Shown: positions 37,805-51,077, counted from the first letter of the stretch. The stretch: DNA of 64,000 bases from Octopus sinensis (GCF_006345805.1 NC_043007.1:744001-808000), one strand, 5' to 3'. Notes: generated by a model from the letters alone, not told the origin. Numbers and translations are program-made.

Positions 37805-38663
37805 ACTGACCTGGCAAGTAAAGTGAAATCACGGCTGTAGCCTACTCCAGTGTTGCATGACCAGCCCACTTAAAAAGTACCTTTGGAAAGTCGGGTGACA
37901 TGCTGGCAATGTTTCTACAGCTGGATGCCCTTCCTAATGCCAACCACTCTGAGAGTGTAGTGGGTGCTTTTTATGTGCCACCGGTACGGGAGCCAGTCAG
38001 GTGGGACTGGCATTGGTCACATTCAGATGGTGCTTTTTACGTGCCACTGGCATAGGGAGCCAGTCAGGCAGCACTGGCAATGACCCACGCATGAATGGTG
38101 CTTATTGCATGCCACTAGCACTATTGAGTCAAGTATATCAAAATCAAAATCAAAATCAAGATCAAATCAAATCACAATCAAATGGAAATTGTAGTTGTGG
38201 CAGATGCCAGTGCCACCTGACTGGCTCCCCATACCAGTGGCATGCCAGCCGCCCCCCAACTTGCTCCTGTGCCGGTGGCACATAAAAAGCACCATCCGAA
38301 CTGGCCAATACCAGTGCCACCTGACTGGCTTCCGTGCTAGTGGCACACAATAAGCACTATTCATGTGTGGGCTGTTGCCAGTGCCGCCTGACTGGCTCCT
38401 TATGCCAGTGGCACGTAAAAAGCACCATCTGAATGTGACCAATGCCAGTGCCACCTGACTGGCTCCCGTACCGGTGGCACATAAAAAGTACCCACTACAC
38501 TCTCGGAGAGGTTGGCATTAGAAAAGGCATCCAGCTGTAGAAACATTGCCAGATCAGATTGAAGCCTGGTGCAGCCTCCTGGTATGCCAGTCCCCAGTCA
38601 AACCGTCCAACCCATGCCAGCCTGGAAAGCACACGGTTTATGATGATGATGATGATGATGATG
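37805..38663 (+). mobile_element. RTE 3' UTR copy containing an internal inverted duplication
   Basis: The UTR runs 37805-37902 and resumes at ~38121 to the (GAT)n tail. 37903-38121 is a reverse-complement copy of 38334-38552. Confidence 0.85.
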
Positions 38664-39069
38664 AACCTGATAAGTACATAACTAAACAAAGCGAAAACAT
38701 AGTCACATAATCTATTCATTCATGCTTTAACAAAATGCCAAATATTTCAGTTTGTGTTGCTTTTTGTTCACATTAAATATATATTCACTTAATGTCCTAC
38801 AGACAAATAAGCAGGCAACAGACAGCCTAATACAGTTAGATTTTTTGCTCTACCAAATAGTTTTTGTACTGTTAATATGTTTAGTCAACCTTTTATTAAA
38901 TACAGAGTTGCTTCATTTAGTAAATTCATGGCTTGGAAATTTTTTAAATGTGACACTGATAGTGACAGTCTGTGAAACCAAAATTCATAACTCCTTACAT
39001 TGAATTCTTTACTCTTCTAAATTCCTGCACAGTTTTGTGTGTGTCTGTGTGTCCGTGTATGTTTGTTTG

Positions 39070-39100
<31 letters not shown>

Positions 39101-39473
39101 TGTGTCTGTGTGTTTGTGTGTGTGTGTGTGTTTGTGTGTGTGTGTCTGTGTGTGTGTCTGTGTGTTTGTGTGTGTGTGTGTGTCTGTGTGTTTGTGTGTG
39201 TGTGAGTGTATGTGTGTAATATGTATATGTATGTCAGGTGGTGGGGTGGCTGAATCGTTAGCATGCTGGGCAACGTGTTTAGCAGCATTTCTTCTGCCTT
39301 TGCATTCTGGGTTCAAATGCCACTATGGTTGACTCTCACTTTCATCTTTTTTTTTTACAGGGGTCCTTAAAATAAGTACCAGTTGTACTTATCCCCTGCC
39401 CTGAGTTTGGTGCCCTTGTGTCAAAATTTGAATCCAATATGTGTGTGTGTATGTATGTGTGTGTATGTGTGCG

Positions 39474-39516
<43 letters not shown>

Positions 39517-39923
39517 TGTGGTGTACCTCAGCCTATCAGCTACTGTGGTGTAAAGATTGCATCATAATGAGACTGTATGTGTTGCCTTTGACGAAAATGA
39601 ACATCATCCTCATTATCATCATCATCATCATCATCGTAATCATCATCATCGTAATCATCATCATCATCATCATCATCACCATTATTAACACTCCTCCTTC
39701 ATCATCATAATCATCACCATCACCGCCGCCACCACCACCATCATCATCATCATAATCATCACCATCATCGTTGTCATCACTGTTATTGCCGTCAATCATC
39801 ACAACCACCATTATTATTATCATTATCTTTTTTATCAGTTCTCAATATATTTTTTGACCAATCCTCTTTAAACCTGCCAACAGACAAAAACACAAAAAAA
39901 AAAAAAAATTTAACAAAAGTGTA

Positions 39924-40023
39924 NNNNNNNNNNNNNNNNNNNNNNNNNNNNNNNNNNNNNNNNNNNNNNNNNNNNNNNNNNNNNNNNNNNNNNNNNNNNN
40001 NNNNNNNNNNNNNNNNNNNNNNN
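39924..40023. other. Assembly gap (100 N)
   Basis: Run of N; contiguity across it is not guaranteed. Confidence 1.
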
Positions 40024-40237
40024 TACTTAAACATACATACATACATACATACAAACTTCATACATACATGCATACATACATATATACATACATACATATA
40101 TACATACATACAAACACACACAGACACACACACAGACACACAGACACACACACACACATATATTTATACATATGCTAATATATATATACACACTCATATA
40201 ACAATCGTCATTTATATGTGGGTGTGTTATATGTATA

Positions 40238-40463
40238 TTTCTTTACTACCCACAGGGGCTAAACACAGAGGAGACAAACAAGGACAGACAAACGAGTAAG
40301 TCGATTACATCGACCCCCAGGCGTAACTGGTACTTAATTTATCGACCCCCGGAAGGATAAAGGCAAAGTCGACTCGGCGGAATTTGAACTCGGAACGTAA
40401 CGGCAGACGAAATACGGCAACGCATTTCGCCCGGCGTGCTAACGTTTCTGCCAGCTCGCCGCC
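40238..40463 (-). mobile_element. Intact CpG-rich SINE family B
   Basis: Minus strand starts GGCGGCGAGCTGGCAGAAACGTTAGCACGCCGGGCG; B box, core and tail are present. Confidence 0.92.
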
Positions 40464-40954
40464 TTGTGTATATGTATGTATATGTATGTATATGTATACA
40501 CACATACACATGCATATATTTATATGCATATAAATGTATGTGTGCTTGTGTGTGTGTGGTAAGGAGGAGGGGAGGAAGAGGGGGGAGAGGAGGAGGGGGA
40601 GGAAGAGGAGTAGGGTAATCACTGGCATCAATGTTTCTGATTTTTTTTTTTCCTCCAGACCCAGCAAGTAAAGAAAATAACGAATTTTGGAGTAAGATCA
40701 CATACCTAATGTCAAAATGCTAAAAAGAGCAGCTGGGAACCAGCCATCACTCATAAGCAAGTAAGGCCTGGTGACACGTTGCCCTGCTTTTGTTGATTGC
40801 TTCAAGTGCTTCTCTAAGTCCCAAGCAGACATAGACCAATTTCTTGGCCCTCCCACCCTATCCAGATGTGACAGCAGGAGAGAGGGAGCAAGAGCATGTG
40901 CGTGTGAGAGAGAGAGAGAGAGCTGCTCCAGCTGGTACTCATGTACAACTGAGT

Positions 40955-41405
40955 TAGGGACATAATTCCTAGCCCAGGAATTGAACACACACCCTTATGA
41001 TTATGAGCCAAACATCCTCACCACAAGGCCATGTGATTTCATACTCACTTGCGAATAAAAAGACTACCTTGCTCAATGACACACTGTGGTACTTGGTCCA
41101 GGAGTTAGGATTGAACTCATAGCTTACTGATTATGAACTTGATACTCTAACCACAGAGCTAAGCTTTTTCACACACATGAGCCTTGCTCTCAGAGACAAC
41201 GTGCCACACGGTCCAAGAGTTGATCAAACTGATGGGTTATTAACCATGGATTGAACCCCTAACCATTAAGCTGCATGAATTCACACTCACACATGAAACA
41301 TTGTACCTTGCTCAAGAACACAATGTAGCACCCATTCAAGAACTGAACCCTCAGCCTCTTTACTCAAGAACAAAACCCCTTAAACACTAGAGCACGTGCC
41401 TTCGC
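40955..41405 (-). repeat. Four degenerate tandem tRNA-like SINE heads (~115-bp period)
   Basis: Recurring CCTTGCTCAA..ACAC...CCARGARTTGAAC....TGATTATGA......CTAACCAC units. Confidence 0.6.
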
Positions 41406-42791
41406 CAGTGACTAAAGAAATTATGAAAAAATATAATAAATCAACATATTTTTGTTTTAATAAATTTCACGGACAATCGTAATTAAAAAACATTCTGCTT
41501 CCTATATTTAGGAGGTTCCGGAGTGAACGTCCATTGTTATTTTGATAGCTTAGTCGGAGAAGGAAGGGCAGCATTTATGATTTGATTTCCGCACCCTCGA
41601 CCCTGGTGGGAGCAAGTTTTCTGCAAACCAGAAACTTGGCTTCGTTGCTTGCAATATTTACATAATGCATTGAACAGATTCAATGCATTATGTAAATATA
41701 TATGTGTGTGTATATATACGCAAATGTATGTGTGTATTTTTGCATGTGTATCTGTGTATGTATATGTGTGTATGTGTGTGTGTGGGTATGATTTATAGAT
41801 TTCATTATTCAAGGCATGGCATATTCACAAATCAAACAATCTAGACCAACATTAAAATAAATAAGACAAATCCATATATTTGTTTAATGTGTGTGGATGC
41901 GTGTGCGGATGTAGATTATTTCATTTGTGAACACACCATGCTTTCTGTAATGAATTATATGTGTGCGCACATGTATATGCATATATGTGAGTGTACATAT
42001 TTATATATATATATATATAAATATGTTTGAATAATGGAAGAGAAACAGTTAATAGTGAAAATTCTATCAATACTACATTCTTAATGCACGAGTTTATTTG
42101 AAATGCTAGAAGCTATAGTTTTCGACTGGGAAAATCCTTTTACAGATGTACTGTGTTAAAACAAAACAAAAAAAAAGAAAGCACAATATATATATCAAAC
42201 TTAGACAAAACAAAGTTGCCCCAGAAGTGACTGCGAGAGTATTGGATATGCATTTCAGCGTTGTTGCAGTCAATCAATATGATGTACTTATGCCACTTCC
42301 AAAATGAAATCAAATCATTTAGTTTGAAGTATATTTAAATAGCATATAAACTATATACTGGTTTGCACTGGTGCTACATAAGTTGAATAAATTCAAATTA
42401 AGTATTAAAAGTAGTCCTATAGTAAAAATTCTTTCATTACAATGCAATATACTTACTGAATGTGTGTAGTTGCATATATATGTATGTACATATCTATCTA
42501 TCTAATAATGTGTTAACATGTGACATTAATGACTGAGGTTACCGTGGTCTTTTCTGTAGGCTTTTCTTTCCATGGATAAACCTTATCTGCTTCCCCCTTT
42601 ACACTTTACATCATGACATTTCTGTGATACACAATCCCAATTGATCGTTTTTTCTTTTCTTTTTACCTTTCTACAATCCCTTTTGATCGAAAACCTACCA
42701 CACTTTTTTTCTTTTTTCTCCCCAAAAAGAAAAGCTCTACGTAGTAATTTGTCCCGCCTGTGTCCAGCCCTGTGTGGTTAATAAAGAAACA

Positions 42792-42834
<43 letters not shown>

Positions 42835-42839
42835 ATCTA

Positions 42840-42892
<53 letters not shown>

Positions 42893-44049
42893 TATATATA
42901 CACGTATATATCAAGGGTATGACCCAAAGAAGACCCAAAGGAAGCCAGTCATTGCACATCTTTATATAGGATAAGTACAGAGTTTTAAGAATTTTTTCCT
43001 TGTTTCTTTGGGTTTTTCTCTTTTATAATAAATGTGTGTGTGTGTGTGTGTGTGTATGTGTGTATGTATGTATATATGTATATACATATGCATATGTATG
43101 TATAAATATATGGTGTATTTGCAGTGGCTTCTATAAAGTTTTCTCTCAACCAAATTCCTGATGAGGTATTTTTCAGTTTGGAATTATTGTAGAAAATACT
43201 TGCCCCCAAGGTGCCCTGCAGTGGGACTGAACTTGAAATCATTTGATTCAGAACTGAACTTTTTAACCACTCAGCCATATCTGCACTTATATGATGCTTA
43301 TGAGCATTTTAATATGGAAACTGACAAATGCAGCAAACTGGCAGAACCGTTAGCACACCAGCCAAAATGCTTAGTGGCATTACAGTCATGTATACATTGA
43401 GAGTTCAAATTCTGCCAAGGTCATCTTTACATTTCATCCATTAATGGTCGATTAAATAAGTACCAGTTGAGCACTGAGGTCAATGTAATTGACATATCCT
43501 GCATCTGAAATTGCTGGCCTTGTGCTAAAATGTGAAATCAATATTAAGACGGACAGAAATTTCAATAGAATCACTTCTTGAATATATCCACAAAATGCTT
43601 TGGTAAAATTGGAATGAAAGATAAAACTGAACTGGGAAGCTGACACAAATAAAACCAAAAACCAAAAAACGAAATGCTAAGGAACTTAATGGAAGCAAAG
43701 CTTTCAGTTGTGCTACCAGCATGGTAATGGTAATAACGGTGCCTTTTACCTGGTGTATTATTGGCGATTCCTGAAAAAACATTATAGTCTTTGTGTTGCA
43801 CCACTTTGTCTAGTACAGAGTTTTAAGAATTTTTTCTTTGTTTCTTTGGGTTTTTCTCTTCTCTAATAAATGGTTTGGAAATCTAAAGGTTATGAAGATG
43901 AAAAATTCTTTTAAGAGATTCAACCTTTGTTGAATGATAATGTTCTTTCAGCCAAAAGAATATACAAAAATACATACAAATCCTTAGCAACCCTGCAAAG
44001 GCCATCTGTAGGTCTTTTTTCCTTTCTTTGACGATTCAAAACATAAATA

Positions 44050-44251
44050 GGCACAAGGGTGGCTGTGTGGAAAGAAGCTTGCTTCCCAACCCATTTGGTC
44101 CTAGGTTCAGTACCACAGCATGGCACCTTGGGCAAGTGTCTTCCACTAGAGCCTCGGGCTGATCAAACCCTTGTGAATAGATTTGGTAGACAGAAACTGA
44201 AAGAAGCCAGTCATATGTATATAGATAGATAGATATGTGTGTGTGCATGTG

Positions 44252-44288
<37 letters not shown>

Positions 44289-44510
44289 ATGTGTGTGTGT
44301 TTGTGTCTGTGTTTGTCCCCCATCACCACTTGACAACCAGTGTTGGTGTGTTTACATCCCTACAACCTAGCAGTTCAGTAAAAGAGACTGCTAGAATAAG
44401 TACCAGGTTTAAAAAAAAGTAGAGGGAGGGGGTCAATTCATTCAACTAAAAGTTCTTCAAGGTTTCGCCCCAGTATGGCCACAGTCTTAAGACTGAAACA
44501 TGTAAAAGAT
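44050..44510 (+). mobile_element. Full-length SINE family A
   Basis: Head GGCACAAGGGTGGCTGTGTGG through tail GACTGAAACATGTAAAAGATAAAA. Confidence 0.88.
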
Positions 44511-44569
44511 AAAAAAAATAATTAAAAAATATAAATAATAATAAAATATTTAAAAAATAATAAAATATA

Positions 44570-44915
44570 GGCTCAAGGCTGGAAATTTGGGGGAGGGAGC
44601 TAGTCGATTGCATTAACTGTAGTGCTTACTGGTACTTAATTTTTCGATCCCGAAAGGATGAAAGGCAAAGTCAACCTCAGCGGAATTTGAACTCAGAATG
44701 CAACTATAGGTGAAATATCTATTTCTTTACTACCCACAAGGGGCTAAACACAGAGAGGACAAACAAGGACAGACAAACGGATTAAGTCGATTACATCGAC
44801 CTCAGTGCATAACTGGTACTCATTTAATCGACCCCGAAAGGATGACAAGCAAAGTCGACCTCGGTGGAATTTGAACTCAGAACGTAGCGGCAGGTGAAAT
44901 ACTGCTAAGCATTTC
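44570..44915 (-). mobile_element. Two SINE family B copies
   Basis: Core CCCGAAAGGATGA.A.GCAAAGTC.ACCTC.G.GGAATTTGAACTC occurs twice. Confidence 0.85.
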
Positions 44916-45466
44916 AGAATAAAAGATAATGATAGCAACAACAGCCTAAATGAGAAAATTGAATTCTCATCATCAAATTGATATTAAATCATTGCCTGTT
45001 TTTTTTAATTTGTTTTATTTTTGTCTCTTTTGCACTTTACAATAGAATTTATTGCCACATAATAAACCGCGTCCAAACATCATATAAATTTCATGAGACC
45101 CTGGCAATCAATTTACACTTACTGTAACTTACCACGGATAAAGCCATATATCTCCTGTCTCATTTAGTGATTGTATGGTTAAAGAGCTTGTTTTCTAGCA
45201 GCATGGTCTCAAACCCTAGGTCCTGCTACATGGCACCTTGGACAAGTGTCTTCTACTGCAGCTCTGAGCTGACCAGCGCCTTGCAAGTGGATTATAACTC
45301 AATGAAGCCCATCATATACATATATGCGTACACGTAGTCTGTAAGCAGAACAGTACAAATGTGCAAGACTTTTCTCAAGTTTAAAATGTGACATTGTTTT
45401 TATTACCTACATGCCATTGATGGAGCTTTGTATCTTTGTTAGAAAGCAGATCTTCCTTAGAAGAGG

Positions 45467-45541
<75 letters not shown>

Positions 45542-45877
45542 TACATACATACACACCATACATACATAATTGCCTCCTCTTGTCAGATGATAGCCATCTT
45601 ACATTCAGCTGGAGAGCAAGATGGCTATCATCTTGTCAGAAAATATCCGTATTACATTGTTCTGATATACTTTCATCCTTGCATGCGTGTGGAAATGACT
45701 TTTTGCATTTCATGCCATGCATCCATCACCATCGAACTTTACAGAATACAAAATGGATCAAAAAACGGAATGATAGTGAGACATCTGTATGGCATTGGAT
45801 TTAAAGGATAAATGCCTGGACAGCACTTTTGCCGCTCTCTCGGTCACCACAATACTTTCCAGTGACAAGCATTACAA

Positions 45878-46332
45878 GATGGCTAAGCTGGCAGAAACGT
45901 TAACATGCCGGGTGAAATGCTGAGCAGTATTTCATCTGCCGCTACATTCTGAGTTCAAATTCTGCCGAGGTTGACTTTGCCTTTCATCCATTCGGGGTTG
46001 ATTAAATAAGTACCAGTTATGCACTGAGGTCAATGTAATCGACTTAATCCTTTTGTCTGTCCTTGTTTGCCCCCTCTATGTTTAGCCCCTTGTGGGCAAT
46101 AAAGAAATAAGAATCGTTAGCACACCGGGCGAAATGCTTAGTGGTATTTCGTCTGCCGCTACCTTCTGAGTTCAAATTCCGCTGAGGTCGATTTTGCCTT
46201 TCATCCTTTCAGGGTCGATTAAATAAGTACCAGTTATGCACTGAGGTCAATGTAATCGACTTAATCCTTTTGTCTGTCCTTGTTTGTCCCCTCTATGTTT
46301 AGCCCCTTGTGGGTAGTAAAGAAATAAGAAAT
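45878..46332 (+). mobile_element. SINE family B dimer (or self-nested pair) within one TSD
   Basis: Two head-to-tail copies; AAGCATTACAA at 45867-45877 and 46333-46343. Confidence 0.9.
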
Positions 46333-46874
46333 AAGCATTACAAAATGACTGGTACTATTTTGATGGCAAGTTTTATGTTACGGTATTTTTCTCTTAGAAG
46401 AGCTGCCTTCCCCACAGCTTTGTCAAAAGCAACAGGAGCCTTCTCTAACCCTATTATACATACATATATACACAGACAAAAAAACATAATTATCCAATAA
46501 GTTTCTTCCATTTTCCATCCACCAAATTCACTCATAGATATTGGTTGACTTGGAGCTATATAAGAAGACATTTCCCCAAATTGCTGTGTGGGAGGATTGA
46601 ACCAAAAACCTTGTGATTGCAAAGCAAACTTCTTAACCACTTAACCACACAACCAAGTCTGTAGATTACAGATGTAAGACAGACTCAATATGATGCTTAT
46701 TTGCATCGTAGTCAGCAAGATATTTCAGTTGTACCGTGGAATGTTCATTGGTCGTATCACAAATGTATCGTATATTCACTTTAAGCCGCTAATTCTTCCA
46801 ATCACAAGAACATTCCTTAGATGCTACCAATCTTTCATGAATGCCAGTCAATGTCTTCAGCTTTAACCAAAAGT

Positions 46875-46930
46875 TCTCCCTCTCTCTCTCTCTTTCTCTT
46901 TCTCGTTCCCTCTCTCTCTTTCTCTCTCTT

Positions 46931-46962
<32 letters not shown>

Positions 46963-47049
46963 CGCTCTCTTTCTCCCTCTCTCTTTCTCTCTCTCTTTCT
47001 CTTTCTCTCTCTCTCTTTCTCTCTCTCTCTTTCTCCCTCTCTCTGTCTC

Positions 47050-47117
<68 letters not shown>

Positions 47118-47130
47118 CCCTATCTCTCTC
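46875..47130. repeat. (CT)n microsatellite
   Basis: Direct inspection. Confidence 0.95.
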
Positions 47131-47619
47131 ACTACTTTGTACTATGATTTAACTTTACAAGAACGCTACATTTCCAACCAAATTTCATTTAGATTCACAT
47201 TTCTCTTTGTTTACCATTCTGTAGAAATTCTTCCTTCATAGATTGATCATACAAGCTTTTCATACAGACTTCTGACACAAAATACCATTTGAATCATAAT
47301 CTCTTTTATACAAATCCAGAGTATCTCTCAACCTATCAAAGATGCATTGTACATTTAATCACAATTTATCACACGTTTACATCTGGTAATCTTTTTGATG
47401 TGCCACGAGAACATTCGGACATGTTAATAATGCTTTCTTGGCTTTTAGTTTTCGCTTTATTAGCTGTTGCTGTTGTTGTTGTTGTTGTTGTTGTTTAATG
47501 CCAGGTCATCAATGATCAAGCAGATCTATGATCAAAGGCGTTCCAACCATGACCATCTCATCTTTTTTGTATTCTATATGCAAGGTAAACAGAACCACTT
47601 TAATTGACATGTTCAAAAT

Positions 47620-48176
47620 CAAATTCGATTATTGGCATCCGTGCTAGTGGGGTGCAAAGAGCACCATATGAGTGTGATCATTGACAGAGCGGCTAACCAG
47701 CTTCTGTGCCAGTGGCACATAAAAGGGCACCATTTGAGAGTAATCGTTACCAGCGTCGCCTTACTGGCACTTGTGCCCCGTGCTAGTAGGGTGCCAAGAG
47801 CACCATCCGAGCGTGATTGTTGCCAGAGCAGCCAACTGGCTTCCATGCCAGTGGCACGCAAAAGGGCACCATTCGAGCATGATCATTACCAACGTCGGCT
47901 TACTGGCACCTGTGCAGGTGGCATGTGTAAAAAGATTCGAGCGAGGTCATTGCTGGTACCGCTTGACTGGCCCCCGTGCCGGTGGCACGTAAAAAGCACC
48001 CACTACACTCTCGAAGTGGTTGGCGTTAGGAAGGGCATCAAGCTGTAGAAACTCTGCCAGATCAAGATTGGAGCTTGGTGCAGCCATCTGGTTCGCCAGC
48101 CCTCAGTCAAAATCGTCCAACCCATGCTAGCATGAAAAGCAGATGTTAAGCGATGATGATGATGATAATGATGATG
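47620..48176 (+). mobile_element. RTE LINE 3' UTR fragment with ~6 diverged hairpin units
   Basis: Repeated GTGC.AGTGGCAC units, conserved terminus and (GAT)n tail. Confidence 0.88.
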
Positions 48177-49452
48177 AAGAAGAAGATATGCAATATAAAC
48201 AGAACCACATTAATTGACATGTTCCTTTTGAATTGGGAGGTGTGATTTGAAGGAAATTTAGCTGGGTTTTTTAGCAGGTCAAACAACCACACAGGGATTC
48301 CCTAATTGGCTTGCAACCTTCCTTTGTTTAGCTTTTACACGGTGATCAGTTCACACCATTAACTGACCCTTAGGCTTAGAATGAACCAATGAGGGAGCTG
48401 GTCTGCTTCAATCAGTAACTAAATCTCCCTCAAGCCATACCCTGTGCTTGAATAATTTAGTATTAGGTACCTTGTGTCTGAAAAATGAGAAGTATAAAAA
48501 TAGGATGGTCATAGCTATAAGGTTATACATTCATTGATCTCTTCCATTCTGTTCAATCTTATTTATTACTGTTCTTATTCTAACTTATGTCCATTGTCCG
48601 GAAATCTTTCGACACACACCTGTGACCTCTCCAGCGACATTTTTCGTCTACCTGTGTGCTGTTGCTCCACTAACTCTGCTTTTCTTGTTTTAATTTTTCT
48701 TATTTGAGCCCTAAGTCTCTCTAGATCAGTTACCTGGTTTCTATAGCATATAAATGACTGAGATCACACCATTTCTTTGAATGGGACATCAGCCAGTTGC
48801 AGGGTTCCAGGTGAACCATTTTCAAGAGACAGGGCAAGTCAAATACATCAACCTCAGTACTTGACTGGTACTTTATTTTATTGACCCCCAAATGGAGGAA
48901 AAGCAAAGCTAACTGTGGCAGAATTTGAACTCAGAACATAAAGAGACCAAAGAAATACTGCCAAGCATGTTTATCCAACATACTAATGACTATGCCAGCT
49001 CGTCATCTTTTGTCTAAATTAGAAATAATTATTAAAATGCATTCACTTAGAAAATTACTTTCCATTTCAATCACAGCATGACATTAATCACTTGAAATTT
49101 CTCAGCTGATTTTAACTCTTTTTGTAGTAAAGATTATTTGCCAACATAACATGGCAGTCCTGGTTTAGGATGAATGTTGCTGTAATTTAGCCCCAGGAGA
49201 CATTGTCTCCAACTGGCTATACGACACAATCTGTGTCCTTATATTTTCAAACAAGGGAATCTAGCACCCCCACTCAGCTCAAATCAATATCTGTGTATCA
49301 TGATTTCCAGGTTATTTCCCTTCATCAGCACAGAATAATCGTTTGGCTAGAGGTGGCGCTGCCAAATTCCTGTTCGAAATATATAGTTTTCAAAGTGACA
49401 ACTAGTCACTGATCTCGTTGTGAGATTTAAAAATAGTAATTTTCTTATTTAA

Positions 49453-50150
49453 GATGGCAGGCAGCTGGCTTAGTGGTTAGGATGTTGCACTCATTGTTGT
49501 AAGACCATGGTTTCAGTTCCTGGACCAGGCAGTGCATTGTGTTCTTGAGCAAAACACTTCACTCCACTCAGCTGTACATGAATCCCAGCAATAGCAAGAG
49601 AGTTAACCCTGCAATAGACTGGCATCCCATTCCAGAGCATAGGGTGGGTGTATCGTAATCTCAGTTCCCAGTACACCATTCTACTATATGGCTCAGAAAC
49701 CTGGACGTTATCAAAGAAGCTTGAGAGGCGGTTGGATGGAACCTACACTTGCCTCCTTATGAGAGCTCAAAATCTCTCGTGGAAGCGCCATCCAACCAAA
49801 ATGCAAATATATGGGAAACTACCACCTGTGTCATCTCTTGTGAAAGGCAGAAGAGTCCAGTGTGCTGGACATTGTTGTAGAGCTGAAAAAGAGGTAATTT
49901 CTACTCTTCTCCTCTGGAAGCCATCTACTCGCAATACCAGAGGGCGCACACTCTCCTACTCTGATGTAATCTCCAGGGATACAGGCATCCAGCAACAGGA
50001 CCTCCGTAATGCTATGATAGACCGTGAAGTCTGGCGTAGCATGGTAAATTCCATTGTCTCGACCACAGTCGAACAATGATGATGATGACACCATGGAAAA
50101 TAAGTTAAACTCTGGCCTTGGGAATCGTAGGGATTCATAACAGCCCTAAG
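49453..50150 (+). mobile_element. Old tRNA-derived SINE interrupted by a LINE fragment
   Basis: TGGCTTAGTGGTTAG A box, GTTTCAGTTCC B-like box, GTGTTCTTGAGCAAAACAC and CCCTGCAATAGACTGGCATCCCAT; continues after 50094. Confidence 0.65.
49680..50087 (+). mobile_element. 5'-truncated second RTE-like LINE family with 7-bp TSD
   Basis: Uninterrupted LLYGSETWTL...RRVQCAGHCCR...LLWKP...AMIDREVWR...EQ*; the stop runs directly into (TGA)n. ACACCAT at 49673-49679 and 50088-50094. Confidence 0.88.
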
Positions 50151-50833
50151 ATAACAGGACATTATATGAGCATGGTATGGACATGATCTGGCTACTATTT
50201 CTAGCTGCTTGAGTATTCGATATTGCTCCTTTTGTAAGACTTAAAAATACATCCATTTAAATCTATCTTATATTAAGCGTTGTTGTCTTTAAATCAAGAC
50301 TGACCAGAGATTCTAAATAATACTTATGCTTCTTGTGTAGCATCTTCTCTCACAATCTGTTGTCTCCACCGTCTTTTATTGTTCCTGTACAAATGCAGGA
50401 TGAAAGATCTCTTTATTCTCTCTCCATTCAACCTAAACTGATGACTCACTTAACCATCTTCATTATCCGATTCAAGTACATTTACTATTCTTCTCTCTCT
50501 CTCTTTCTACGTCCGTACATCTGTCCTAGTTCTTCCATAGTTGAAAAATGTTGTGGGTGTGGTTGTTGTTGTTGTTGCTGCTGTTGTTCTCGTTGTTGAA
50601 GATTAACCTTGATTAGTTCTTCTTGAATAAACATGACGCACGGAGCGCTCCTCGAATGAGCCTCTGATTATTCAAGGATAACTTTGACATGCAAATATAC
50701 AGAAGCAGGCATGGCTGTGTGGTTAAGAAGTTCGTCTTGCAACCACTAGGTTTTGAGTTAAATCCTACTGTATGCCACCTCAGGCAAATGTCATCTATTT
50801 ATCACAGCCTTCAACTGATGAATAGTCCCTTGG

Positions 50834-51077
50834 TGTGGCACGTAAAATGCACCAATCCGACCGTGGCCGTTGCCAGCCTCGCCTGGCACCTGTGCAGGTG
50901 GCACGTAAAAAGCACCCACTACACTCACGGAGTGGTTGGCGTTAGGAAGGGCATCCAGCTGTAGAAACATTGCCAGATAAGACTGGAGCCTGGTGCAGCC
51001 TTCTGGCTTCCCAGATCCCCGGTCGAACCGTCCAACCCATGCTAGCATGGAGAAGCGGACGTTAAACGATGATGATG
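50834..51077 (+). mobile_element. RTE LINE 3' end
   Basis: Near-exact reverse complement of 13195-13435; (GAT)n tail. Confidence 0.9.

Noticed and set aside
41511-41585. Possible terminal exon GSGVNVHCYFDSLVGEGRAAFMI* after a TTTAG acceptor
   Set aside because: No recognisable homology and no partner exon.
50323-50385. Possible minus-strand terminal exon NNKRRWRQQIVREDATQEA*
   Set aside because: Weak polypyrimidine tract, no homology and no upstream exon.
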